In this document: positions 10,566 to 19,481 of the stretch, in pieces | How the letters are laid out: each line of letters opens with the position of its first letter | How positions within the stretch are numbered: the stretch's first letter is position 1 | Made by a program: the position numbers and the translations under genes | NCBI GenBank assembly: GCA_963827655.1 | Contig: CAWHCF010000020.1 | Location: 1-64,000, forward strand | Origin: an uncultured Acidobacteriota bacterium | Lineage (GTDB): Bacteria > Acidobacteriota > UBA6911 | Direction of reading: 5' to 3' | Length of the DNA: 64,000 bases | The notes under the pieces: model-generated | Told to the model about the DNA's origin: nothing | The model's input: only the letters and a program-made list of their open reading frames with translations | Database searches by the model: none

Positions 10566-12824
10566 ATGACCGTGTCTCCTCTCCAGACCGTTGGAAAAAG
10601 CCTTTACCGCAAAGAGGGGATGCAAAAGGTCACCGGCCAGGCAGTCTACGCGGATGACATGAAGGTCGAGAACTGTCTCCACGGAAAGACAGTACGATCC
10701 ACCGTTCCGCGCGGTCTCATCAAGCAGATCCGGTTCAAGGAAGGCATACCCTGGGATCAGTTCACCATTGTTCTGCCCGCAGACATTCCCGGCGAGAACG
10801 TCGTGACCCTGATCGATAAGGAGCAGCCGTTTCTGGCCGAGAAGGAAATCAAGCATATGGCCGAGCCCCTGGCGCTGATTGCGCACCCGGACAAATATCT
10901 GGTTGAAAAGGCGCTCCGGTATGTGGAAGTCGATGTCGACGAACTTCCAGGCATCTTCTCGATCGAAGAGGCGCTACGCGGCGACAACGTCCAGTATGGT
11001 TCCGACAACATTTTCAAGTCCTACACCATTCAAAACGGCGATCCCTCGGGGAAATGGAGCGAGGCGGCCCTGATACTCGAGGAGACCTACAGAACGCCGG
11101 CTCAAGAGCACCTTTACATCGAACCTCAGGCCATGATCGCGCAGGCTGAACCGGGCCGGCACGTCACCGTCTGGGGCTCCATGCAGTGCCCTTACTATGT
11201 CCGCAAGGCGCTGGCGCCTCTGTTCGATCTCGAGCCCGATCGAGTCCGCGTGGTTCAGACTGAAACGGGGGGCGGCTTCGGCGGCAAGGAAGAGTACCCC
11301 AACATGATCGCGGGGCATGCCGCCCTGCTCTCCTGGAAAGCCGGAGGGCGGCCGGTAAAACTCATCTACGATCGACGCGAGGATATGTGGGCCACGACCA
11401 AGCGCCACCCATCCAGGACTCATATCAAGGCCGGATTCAAACGAGACGGCACTTTGATTGCCCTGGAGATCGACTTCGTACTCGACGGAGGCGCGTATCC
11501 GACTCTGTCCTACACCGTGCTCTCGCGCGGCATTCTGCACGCCTGGGGACCTTACCGATGTGACGATACACACCTGCGCGCCCGTTGCGTCATGACCAAC
11601 TCTGTTCCGTATGGCGCATTTCGCGGTTTTGGCGCCCCTCAGTCGATCTTTGCCATGGAAATGCACATGACCCGCGCCGCCCACGAACTGGGCCTGGATC
11701 CCGCGCAGATTCGCCGCAGGAATTTTCTGCGCCAAGGTGACCGGATGCCTACCGGACAGGTCATCAAGGAGGAAATCGACCTGGAAATGCTCATGGATCG
11801 TGCGCTGGAAAAGGCGAGCTATCACGGCAAGCGCGCCGAGTTCGAGCGCACCAATCGTCACGGGGGGAATAGACGAAGAGGGATCGGCCTGTCCTGCTTC
11901 TTCCATGGCTCCGGCTTCACGGGGAGCGGCGAGGTCCGTCTTGCATCGGAGATTGCGCTCCGGCTCACACGCGAGGGTGGAATCGAGGTGCTGGCCGCCA
12001 ACGTCGAGTACGGGCAGGGGACGAATACCACCTTTGCCCAGATCGTGGCCGAGACGTGCAGAATCCCGCCCGACTGGGTAGAGATTCACCAGCCGGATAC
12101 GGCCGAGGTGCCGGACAGCGGCCCCACGGTCGCGTCCCGCACCACCATGATTGTTGGGAAGCTCGTCGAGCGCGCGGCGGAGCAGATACGGGACCGGCTG
12201 CTCGATCAAGGTTACGTCCTGAAAGATTACGCAGCCGCGGATTTCCGCCACGGCGCCAGAAGATACCTCGAAGAAAACAGCGAACTCAAGGTCACGGTGC
12301 GCTACGTGCCCCCCGCTGACGTGCACTGGGATGAGGCAACCTATCGGGGCGACGCCTACGGCGGCTATTCGTGGAGCTGCGACGTCGCGGAAGTCGAAGT
12401 GAATCAGGTGGACTACATGGCGCGGGTCAAGAATTTTGTCTCTGTTGTTGAGTGCGGCCGCGTGATCAACCCCGTCCTTGCCGCCGGCCAGATCGAGGGA
12501 GGCATCGTTCAGGGCATCGGGTTCGCGATTTATGAAGATGTCGTGTTAGAACGAGGCGCCATGAAGAACACCCAGTACACAAATTACATCATTCCCACCA
12601 CGGCCGACACGCCCGGGATCGACGTGGAATTCGTCGAATTTCCTTATGCCAATCACGGTCCCTATCAGGCCAAAGGGATCGGCGAAATGCCGATCGACGG
12701 GCCTGCGCCCGCCGTGGCAGCGGCGGTCGCCCACGCGCTGGGCGGTAATTTCATCAACGAGATTCCCTTGACTCCCGAGCGCATCATGACAGCCGTGGCG
12801 GGAGCAGAGGTCCAGAGGAGATGA
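10566..12824 (+). CDS. Xanthine dehydrogenase family molybdopterin-binding subunit
   Basis: GGGFGGKE, AFRGFGAPQ, GQG, GQIEGG and AKGIGE motifs. Confidence 0.93.
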   Translation: MTVSPLQTVGKSLYRKEGMQKVTGQAVYADDMKVENCLHGKTVRSTVPRGLIKQIRFKEGIPWDQFTIVLPADIPGENVVTLIDKEQPFLAEKEIKHMAEPLALIAHPDKYLVEKALRYVEVDVDELPGIFSIEEALRGDNVQYGSDNIFKSYTIQNGDPSGKWSEAALILEETYRTPAQEHLYIEPQAMIAQAEPGRHVTVWGSMQCPYYVRKALAPLFDLEPDRVRVVQTETGGGFGGKEEYPNMIAGHAALLSWKAGGRPVKLIYDRREDMWATTKRHPSRTHIKAGFKRDGTLIALEIDFVLDGGAYPTLSYTVLSRGILHAWGPYRCDDTHLRARCVMTNSVPYGAFRGFGAPQSIFAMEMHMTRAAHELGLDPAQIRRRNFLRQGDRMPTGQVIKEEIDLEMLMDRALEKASYHGKRAEFERTNRHGGNRRRGIGLSCFFHGSGFTGSGEVRLASEIALRLTREGGIEVLAANVEYGQGTNTTFAQIVAETCRIPPDWVEIHQPDTAEVPDSGPTVASRTTMIVGKLVERAAEQIRDRLLDQGYVLKDYAAADFRHGARRYLEENSELKVTVRYVPPADVHWDEATYRGDAYGGYSWSCDVAEVEVNQVDYMARVKNFVSVVECGRVINPVLAAGQIEGGIVQGIGFAIYEDVVLERGAMKNTQYTNYIIPTTADTPGIDVEFVEFPYANHGPYQAKGIGEMPIDGPAPAVAAAVAHALGGNFINEIPLTPERIMTAVAGAEVQRR

Positions 12825-13313
12825 TCGAGCGAGTCCGAGAGCAGACGATTTCACTCACGGTTAATGGGACGGAGCACCAGAGTCACAACCCACCCGATGA
12901 AACGCCTGCTGGACGTTTTGCGGGAGGATCTTCGGCTGACCGGAACCAAGGAGGGATGCGGCGAAGGGGAGTGCGGGGCCTGCACCGCAATCATGGACGG
13001 CCTTCCGGTCTTGACCTGCATGGTCCCCGTCTGCCAGGCCCGCGAGAGAAGTGTCACAACCATCGAAGGCCTCGCCCGCTCCGGCGAGCTTCATGCGATG
13101 CAGCAAGCTTTTTACGAAATGGGAGGGGCGCAATGCGGTATCTGCACTCCCGGGATGATCGTGGCGGCGGCCTATTACCTTGAGCATCCGGACGAGGCCG
13201 AAGACGTTCGCGAAGCCCTGGCCGGCAATCAGTGCCGCTGCACCGGCTACACGCGCATCTTCGAGTCGGTGACGACGGCCCTCGCGCGGCTGAGAGAAAC
13301 GGCTGCCGGCTGA
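12821..13313 (+). CDS. XDH-family 2Fe-2S subunit, frameshift near 12875
   Basis: GTKEGCGEGECGAC, QCGICTPG and CRCTGY motifs. Confidence 0.9.
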
Positions 13314-14182
13314 TGCGCGCTTACCTTCCCGATTTTGCCGTCGTCAATCTTGCGGAGCTGCATGAGGCGCTGGACGCGCTCGCTTCGGGCGAAAACATCA
13401 TTCCACTGGCCGGCGGCACGGATCTGATGGTTTATCTCGAGGCGGGTGATCTGCCTCCCTGCGCCTTCCTGAATCTCCAGGAGATTCGGGATTTTCAGCG
13501 CGCGCCTCAGATCAATGCTTCGCTGGTTCTCTATCCCCTTACCACTTATCGCGACACGCGCGTCACTGCAGCCATCAGGCAGAAGTTCCCGATGCTGGCC
13601 CGGGCTGCGCGCGAAGTCGGCGCGCTGGCGATTCAGAGCCGCGGGACCTGGGCCGGTAATATCGCCAACGCCTCACCGGCGGCGGACGGCGTTCCTGCGC
13701 TTATGGCGTACGACGCCGAGGTCGAGCTCTCGAGCAGGAGCGGCCGCCGCAGCGTTCCACTGTCGAGATTCTACACAGGCTACAAGAAGACGGAACGGCG
13801 GCCGGACGAATTGATTACCGCGATCCGCCTGCCGCTTCCTCAGCCCGGTGCATTTGAATATTACCGCAAAGTAGGAGCCCGGCGGTTCCAGGCCATTTCC
13901 AAGACTCTGCTGGCGGGGCGCATTCTCCTGGATGGGGATCGAAGGGTGAAGGACGCGCGCATCGTGCTTGCCAGCGTCGCGCCCTGCACGCTGCGCGCGC
14001 TCAAGACGGAAGCCGTCTTGCAAGGACGCGAATTAACTCGCGACATCATAGAAGAGGCCGCGCGAGCGATTCAGGACGAGATCAGGCCGATCGACGACAT
14101 CCGTTCGACTGAAGCCTATCGTCGTCATGTCACCAGCAATCTGGTTCGTGAATTTTTGTCCCTTGCCGCCTTGGCGTCGTGA
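13313..14182 (+). CDS. XDH-family FAD-binding subunit
   Basis: LAGGTDL, GTWAGNIANASPAADG and PIDDIRST motifs; ATG overlaps the upstream stop. Confidence 0.92.
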   Translation: MRAYLPDFAVVNLAELHEALDALASGENIIPLAGGTDLMVYLEAGDLPPCAFLNLQEIRDFQRAPQINASLVLYPLTTYRDTRVTAAIRQKFPMLARAAREVGALAIQSRGTWAGNIANASPAADGVPALMAYDAEVELSSRSGRRSVPLSRFYTGYKKTERRPDELITAIRLPLPQPGAFEYYRKVGARRFQAISKTLLAGRILLDGDRRVKDARIVLASVAPCTLRALKTEAVLQGRELTRDIIEEAARAIQDEIRPIDDIRSTEAYRRHVTSNLVREFLSLAALAS

Positions 14183-14262
14183 AGCTTGTTACCACGAAGT
14201 TCCTCATGAATCCCAAGTGTGCCGGGTTTGAATGACAGCGAACTGCTGCTTTTTTGGCAAGA

Positions 14263-14349
14263 TTCTTGGTGTTTCTTCGTGTCTTTGAGTCTTCGTGGTA
14301 TTTGTTAGACAGCTCTAACCACAAAGACACGAAGACACGAAGAAACACT
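14263..14349. repeat. REP-like repeat with inverted arms; the right arm is interrupted by IS110
   Basis: ttcttggtgtttcttcgtgtctttgagtcttcgtggt ... accacaaagacacgaagacacgaagaaacaCT. Confidence 0.8.
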
Positions 14350-14365
14350 TCTATGTAGTCTTGGG

Positions 14366-14371
14366 TGTCAA
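14366..14371 (-). promoter_or_regulatory. Outward-facing -35 hexamer at the IS end (possible circle-junction promoter half)
   Basis: TTGACA on the minus strand 16 nt inside the terminal core; matching -10 not visible because the other end is lost. Confidence 0.45.
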
Positions 14372-14419
14372 GCTCCTTTTCGGTTGACCTCCTTGGTTAC
14401 GTCTGCAGCTGGTGGCTCG

Positions 14420-14600
14420 GTGTCTGATTCGGGGATAGACCCCGAATGAAACTTCTATCCGTGCCGATCGTGTAGTGATCGGACACCCAATCCTGTATTC
14501 GCGCGGTGGCGAAAAATGTGCGAGCGCTTTCGGGACGCCCCATCTAAGAACCGGTTCCAAAGCGGATACCAGTGTTTCTTTCGGGCAGTCCCACCATGCC
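14420..14600 (-). ncRNA. Putative IS110 bridge/seek RNA with target-binding and donor-binding loops; ends approximate
   Basis: Stem-enclosed loops contain AAGAAACACU and UUCUUAG (target halves) and AUAGAAG (IS terminus). Confidence 0.75.
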
Positions 14601-14620
14601 GAGAAGTTGGTTTACTCTCC

Positions 14621-14752
14621 GTTGTTTTCCTCTTAGCGGCCAAGAATTCCGGTCGGCCCGCGGGGTCAAGGCCGCGCACCGCGCGCCCAAAGGGTTTAGC
14701 CTTGACGCCGCTGGGGCAGGCCGGAGCACAATGGCCGCAAGAGGAAAACAAC
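14621..14752. repeat. ~130-bp hairpin between the transposase stop and the putative bridge RNA
   Basis: gttgttttcctcttagcggcca / tggccgcaagaggaaaacaac arms; inner gtcaaggc / gccttgac. Confidence 0.7.
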
Positions 14753-14812
14753 ACCTGAGGTTTCATAAGCTGTTTAGGTCTCGAACGTTCTCACGTTCTG
14801 GTTTCTCTCCGT

Positions 14813-15817
14813 CTAAGCGACAACTACTTTTTTCAGTTGCGCGCCCTCGGGCAGAGCTCCGGTCTCGAGGAATTTCCACATATCGATCAGCAGGCGTCGT
14901 GCCAGCGCTACGATTCCGACCCTACGGACGCGCTTGCCCGCACCGCCGAAACGCTCCTCGAACCACCGAGTGAGCTTGCTCTCGGGCTGGAAGCGCACCC
15001 AAGACCAGGCCAGCTCAATCATTACCCCCCGGACGTGACGGTTGCCGGCTTTGCTGATCCCTTGCTCACGCCTCGATTCCCCGCTCTGATATGGGGTCGG
15101 CGTCAGGCCCGCGAGCGACCCGACTTCGCGCCGGTTGTTAAATTCCCTCCAGGCGAAGAACTCTCGCACCAGCACCGAACCGCCGTTGACACCAACGCCG
15201 CGCAAAGACGCAAGCTGGCGTACCTGGTCCAGGTCCGGGTTCTCTCCCTCTCTGAGTTCGCGCCTGCGGTCCCCCTCCAGCGACAGGATCTGTCGCTTCA
15301 AAAACACCACATGCGCCCGCTCGCGCTGCAGGCGGCCTTTCAACCCCGGCAGCAAAGGCGAGCCATCCCATAACCTGATCGAGTCCAGTTTCTTGTCCGA
15401 CAGCTCCTTCCCAGGCTCAAGCCTGACCCCCTGGCTCGCCAGTAGTCCCTTGATGCGATTGGTGGTCCGCGTCTTCTCCTTCTTCAGGCTGCGCAGCTCT
15501 CGATTCAACTGCCGGTTATCTTCCTCTTCGGGCGAAGGTACTCGCACCACGCTCCAGACCCTGTGCTCTCCATACTGATACCGAATCAGCATGGTCAGCA
15601 ACTTCTCCACGTCCAGGCGATCCGTCTTAGCTCGCCGCTTTCTCCGGTTCACTTCAATGCTCGCTGAGTCCAACACCAGGTTCCGATCCGAGACTGTGTC
15701 AAGTATCGATGCAGCCAAAACCCATCACGCCCTGCTTCGTAGCAGCTCACCACCTCGGCCGTCTCCGGAAGTTCGAATCGTTTCTTGGCTGCCACGATCT
15801 CCCTCTGTACTTTTTCA
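14813..15817 (-). pseudogene. IS110 transposase/recombinase lacking its N-terminus; frameshift near 15690
   Basis: SCYEAGRDGFWLHR, KTDRLD and LAGLTPTPYQSG...GISKAGN motifs; first RuvC-like acidic motif region absent. Confidence 0.9.
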
Positions 15818-15819
15818 CT

Positions 15820-16197
15820 AAGAGCACTCTCCCATTCAATGCTTTGACTAGCCTCCGGATATGCAATGCCACAGGCTGATTTCATCAAGGCGACCACGAT
15901 CTCATCCGCTATTCGAATCACCTGGTACTCGTCCAGATCTGTCATGGTCATTTCCCGGACCGCTCGATCGGGAAGAGTCATCAAGGCCTGCCTGACAAGC
16001 TCCTGGTTCTCGGGGGAGGAATCAACTAGAAGGTCGATGTCCTCAGTGGCCCGAGCGAATCCCAAACGAATAATAGCCATGCCGCCGACCACGATGTATT
16101 TGGCACCTAACCGATTGAGCTCGCTGCAGAGATGAAGAAGATCCTCTAGCGTAGGCGGCCTGGACTCGCCTTCCTGGCCTGCATCTGAATCGACCAC
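15820..16197 (-). pseudogene. Nucleotidyltransferase-fold protein, 3'-truncated and reading in frame into the IS110 transposase
   Basis: YIVVGGMA...RATEDIDLLVD; similarity appears to stop at about IEWE. Confidence 0.75.
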
Positions 16198-16382
16198 TGG
16201 TGCGCCTCCTCGAAGGTCCGGAACCGATGCACACCCTTGGGAATGAACGGCCGGCCGGTACGCAGCTTGAGCACGAGATGTAACAGGTGGTTCGCTTGCC
16301 GCAGTCCTCTCGTTGCCCGCCGCCTCCCCACAACTTTCGTCTTGAAAGGCTGCACTCTAAGCTCCTTTTTTTTACGTCGCAT
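16146..16382 (-). CDS. Small basic protein coupled to the nucleotidyltransferase (putative TA partner)
   Basis: 78 aa, PKGVHRFRTFEEA motif, overlaps the NTase start. Confidence 0.6.
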   Translation of the reverse strand: MRRKKKELRVQPFKTKVVGRRRATRGLRQANHLLHLVLKLRTGRPFIPKGVHRFRTFEEAHQWSIQMQARKASPGRLR

Positions 16383-16727
16383 CAGCCGCCTGGGATATGT
16401 GGCGCCACAAACAGCAGATTCTTGATTCTGTCCAGGTTGCCCGGAACTTTCAATGGATTTATTGTGGTTCCGGGTACCAGCAAAAGCTGTGAATGTTGCC
16501 GAGTCAGAGCAGCGTTAGAACCTCGCCAAGGAAGCAGTGATTGACTTGTGTTGAAAATCGTTGACCGATACCGGATGCCAGAATTACAGTCGCTGCTCTG
16601 GTTCTGCGCCGCCCACGAGAATCTCTGGAAACCTGCTCACTGATGATTCGATAGGCTCCAAGATGGCTGACCCTGAACACCTGGAAATCGACGTCGATTT
16701 CCCACGACCCCACAATTGGAGTCATCG

Positions 16728-19338
16728 ATGAACCGTCACGTGGGTCACTATCAGATTTTGTCGCTGCTCGGCAAAGGCGGTATGGGCGAGGTCTATCGCG
16801 CGCGGGACACGCGGCTGGACCGCGAAGTGGCTATCAAATCTCTGCCGGTCGCTTATTCCAGAGACTCCGACCGGCTGCGGCGTTTCGAGCAGGAAGCGCG
16901 GGCGGCCGGGAAGCTCAATCATCCGAATGTCCTCACGGTCTACGACACTGGCATGCACGACGAGGCTCCCTACATCGTGACCGAGCTGCTCGAAGGCGAG
17001 GATTTGCGCGCCCGATTGAAGCAAGGTCCGGTTCCACAGCGCCAGGCACTGGATCAGGCGCGGCAGATCGCGAATGGCCTGGCAGCCGCCCATGCCAAAG
17101 GCATCGTGCACCGGGATCTCAAACCCGAGAATATTTTCGTGACGAGCGACGGGCGCGTAAAAATTCTCGATTTCGGTCTGGCGAAATTGAAAGAGCCGCC
17201 GGCCTCCAGCAGCAGCGAAACGGAACCGCTACCAAGCACTGCTCCAGGCGTGGTCCTGGGAACCGTGGGTTATATGGCGCCCGAACAAGTGCTGGGACAT
17301 GAAACCGATGGCCGCGCCGACATCTTCTCGCTGGGCGTGATCCTCTACGAAATGCTCGGTGGCAGACGTCCGTTCTCGGGTGAGTCCGGTGTCGAAATCA
17401 TGACTGCGATTTTGAAGGAGGAGCCCGCGGAACTCACAGAGGTGAATCCGAAAGTTCCTCCTGTGCTCGCGAGAGTTGTCCGTCACTGTCTGGAAAAGAA
17501 ACCGGAGCAGAGGTTTCAGTCGGCGAGTGATCTCGGCTTCGCGCTGGACGCCTTGTCACTGGCATCGCCATCTTCCCCAACTTCCGTCAAGATCCCTTCC
17601 GCCCGGACCTCCCGACACCTGCTTCGGTGGCTGGTTCCAATCTTGGTGCTATTGATTGCCGGCGCGGCGCTCGCCTGGCACCTGAAACGATCGGATTTTT
17701 GGTGGCGCAACCCGCTGACGAATGCACAATTCACACCGCTCACGGATTTCCCCGGAGCAGAGGGAGAGGCCGCGATCTCGCGAGACGGGAAGTTCGTGGC
17801 TTTTCTCTCTGATCGGGACGGGCCCTTCGACGCATGGGTGGGGCAGATTGGCACCGGCGAGTTCAAAAATCTGACCGAAGGCCGAGTCCCCGATATGAGA
17901 AATCCCGAGGTTCGGAGCATCGGATTTTCACCGGATGGAGCGTTGGTTTCCATATGGGTGCGCGTCATGAATCGGCCTACGATGTGGGCGGTGCCCACGA
18001 TGGGTGGTACGGTACGTCCCCATATGGATGCTGCGGAGCGCGAATGGTCGCCTGACGGAACACGAATGGTCTATCACCCCTCCGCGGACGGGGATCCGCT
18101 CTTTGTCACTGCACCCAACGAAAAGGAGGGAAAGCAGATCTACGTCGCGGCGCGGGGGGTCCATTGCCACTTTCCTCTATGGTCGCCCGAGGGCAACTTC
18201 ATTTACTTCGTCCAGGGCTACCCGCCCAATGAGATGGACATCTGGCGGATTCGTCCCACCGGCGGATCGGCCGAGCGCATCACTTTTCACAACTCAAGCG
18301 TGGCGTTTCCGACTCTGTTGGATGAACGAACACTGCTTTATATCTCCAAGGCTTCCGATGGCTCGGGGCCCTGGCTTTTTGGAATGGATGTCGAGCGGCG
18401 TGTTCCACATCGCATCAGCTTTGGAGTCGAACGATATACATCCATTGCGGCGACCGCTGACGGGCGGCGGTTGGTGGCGACCGTGTCTAATCCCGAAGCC
18501 ACTCTCTGGCGCGTTCCGATTTCGCAAGGCATCGTCGAGGAAGCGGGAGCCAGCAGGGTCGCACTTCCGACGGTTCGAGGACTCTCTCCCAGGATTGGCC
18601 GGGACTACATGCTGTACCTCTCCTCAAAGGGCGGCGACGACGGCGTCTGGAAGCTGGCTAACGGAACAGCAGTGGAATTATGGAGCGGGTCGCTCGGGCG
18701 AGTCGCTCACTGGTCCGGCGATCTCACCTGATGGCCGTCTCATTGCGTTCACGCCGCACAAGGGTGGGCGAACCAGGCTTTACCTCATGACCGAAAATGG
18801 GACCAGCGTCCGGGAAGTTGCCGGTGACCTCGATGTTCGAGGCGCTCCGGCCTGGTCACCCGACGGGCAGTGGATCACCGTGGGAGCCGCCGCAGGTTCT
18901 GAAGTCCGGCTCTTCAACATACCATTGGGCGGGGGGCCGCCGGTTCAAATGGGCGACGAACAATCCGTGAACCCCGTTTGGTCTCCAGATGGACGCTTCC
19001 TGGTCTATTCGGGCGTACAGGTCGGCACTGCGCTTACGATCAGGGCCATCGGCGCGGACGGCAAACCGCATCGCCTGCCTGAGTTGATCCTTTCTCGCGG
19101 TGAAAACCGTTTTGCTTTTCTCCCGGGACGTCCCGTGCTGGCGGTGCTTAAGGGAGAGTTCTTGCACAAGAACTTTTGGTTGATCGACCTCACTACCGGG
19201 CAGCAGCGCCAGCTCACCAACTTCAGCCGTGAGTTCCTCATCAGCGACTTCGATATTTCTCCTGACGGAAAGGAAATCATATTTAGCCGCCTGAAGGAAA
19301 ACTCCAATGTCGTCCTGATCGATTTGGCGGAACAGTAG
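16728..19338 (+). CDS. Ser/Thr protein kinase with TM segment and PD40/TolB-like beta-propeller; frameshift near 18710
   Basis: [20 protein letters not shown] and YMAPE motifs; repeated WSPDG; C-terminus in ORF 18004-19338. Confidence 0.92.
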
Positions 19339-19345
19339 GGAGGCT

Positions 19346-19437
19346 TTAGTCTTTGCGTTCGTGGCGCTGGCGGCCACCTATATCCCTGCGGGGAGGGCTA
19401 CGCAGTGGACCCGCTCATCGCATTGAGATACGAGTAG
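19346..19437 (+). pseudogene. C-terminal remnant of an ABC (ADOP/MacB-like) permease
   Basis: Translates to LVFAFVALAATYIPAGRAT / VDPLIALRYE* across one frameshift. Confidence 0.7.
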
Positions 19438-19438
19438 G

Positions 19439-19473
19439 TTCTTAGCGTTTCTTGTCTCGTGTCTTAGTGGTTT
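19439..19473 (-). repeat. REP-like repeat copy
   Basis: ttcttagcgtttcttgtctcgtgtcttagtggtt. Confidence 0.7.
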
Positions 19474-19481
19474 GCTTTTTG

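Larger units (their letters stand above)
14348..15819 (-). mobile_element. IS110-family element with a long 3' non-coding end; 5'-truncated; bounded by CT dinucleotides
   Basis: Transposase motifs; CT at 14348-14349 and 15818-15819; removing the element gives AAGAAACA-CT-AAGAG, matching intact REP copies. Confidence 0.85.

Noticed and set aside
10974-12326. Long antisense or alternate-frame ORFs (also 25180-26730, 30333-31508, 32409-33551, 35395-36555, 36513-37835)
   Set aside because: These are shadow ORFs of well-supported genes in high-GC DNA and have no recognisable motifs.
14348-14400. Transposase N-terminus supplied by the right end after circularisation (split gene)
   Set aside because: Joining the ends at the core puts an in-frame TGA seven codons upstream of SEKVQ, and no RuvC-like N-terminal motif is encoded there.
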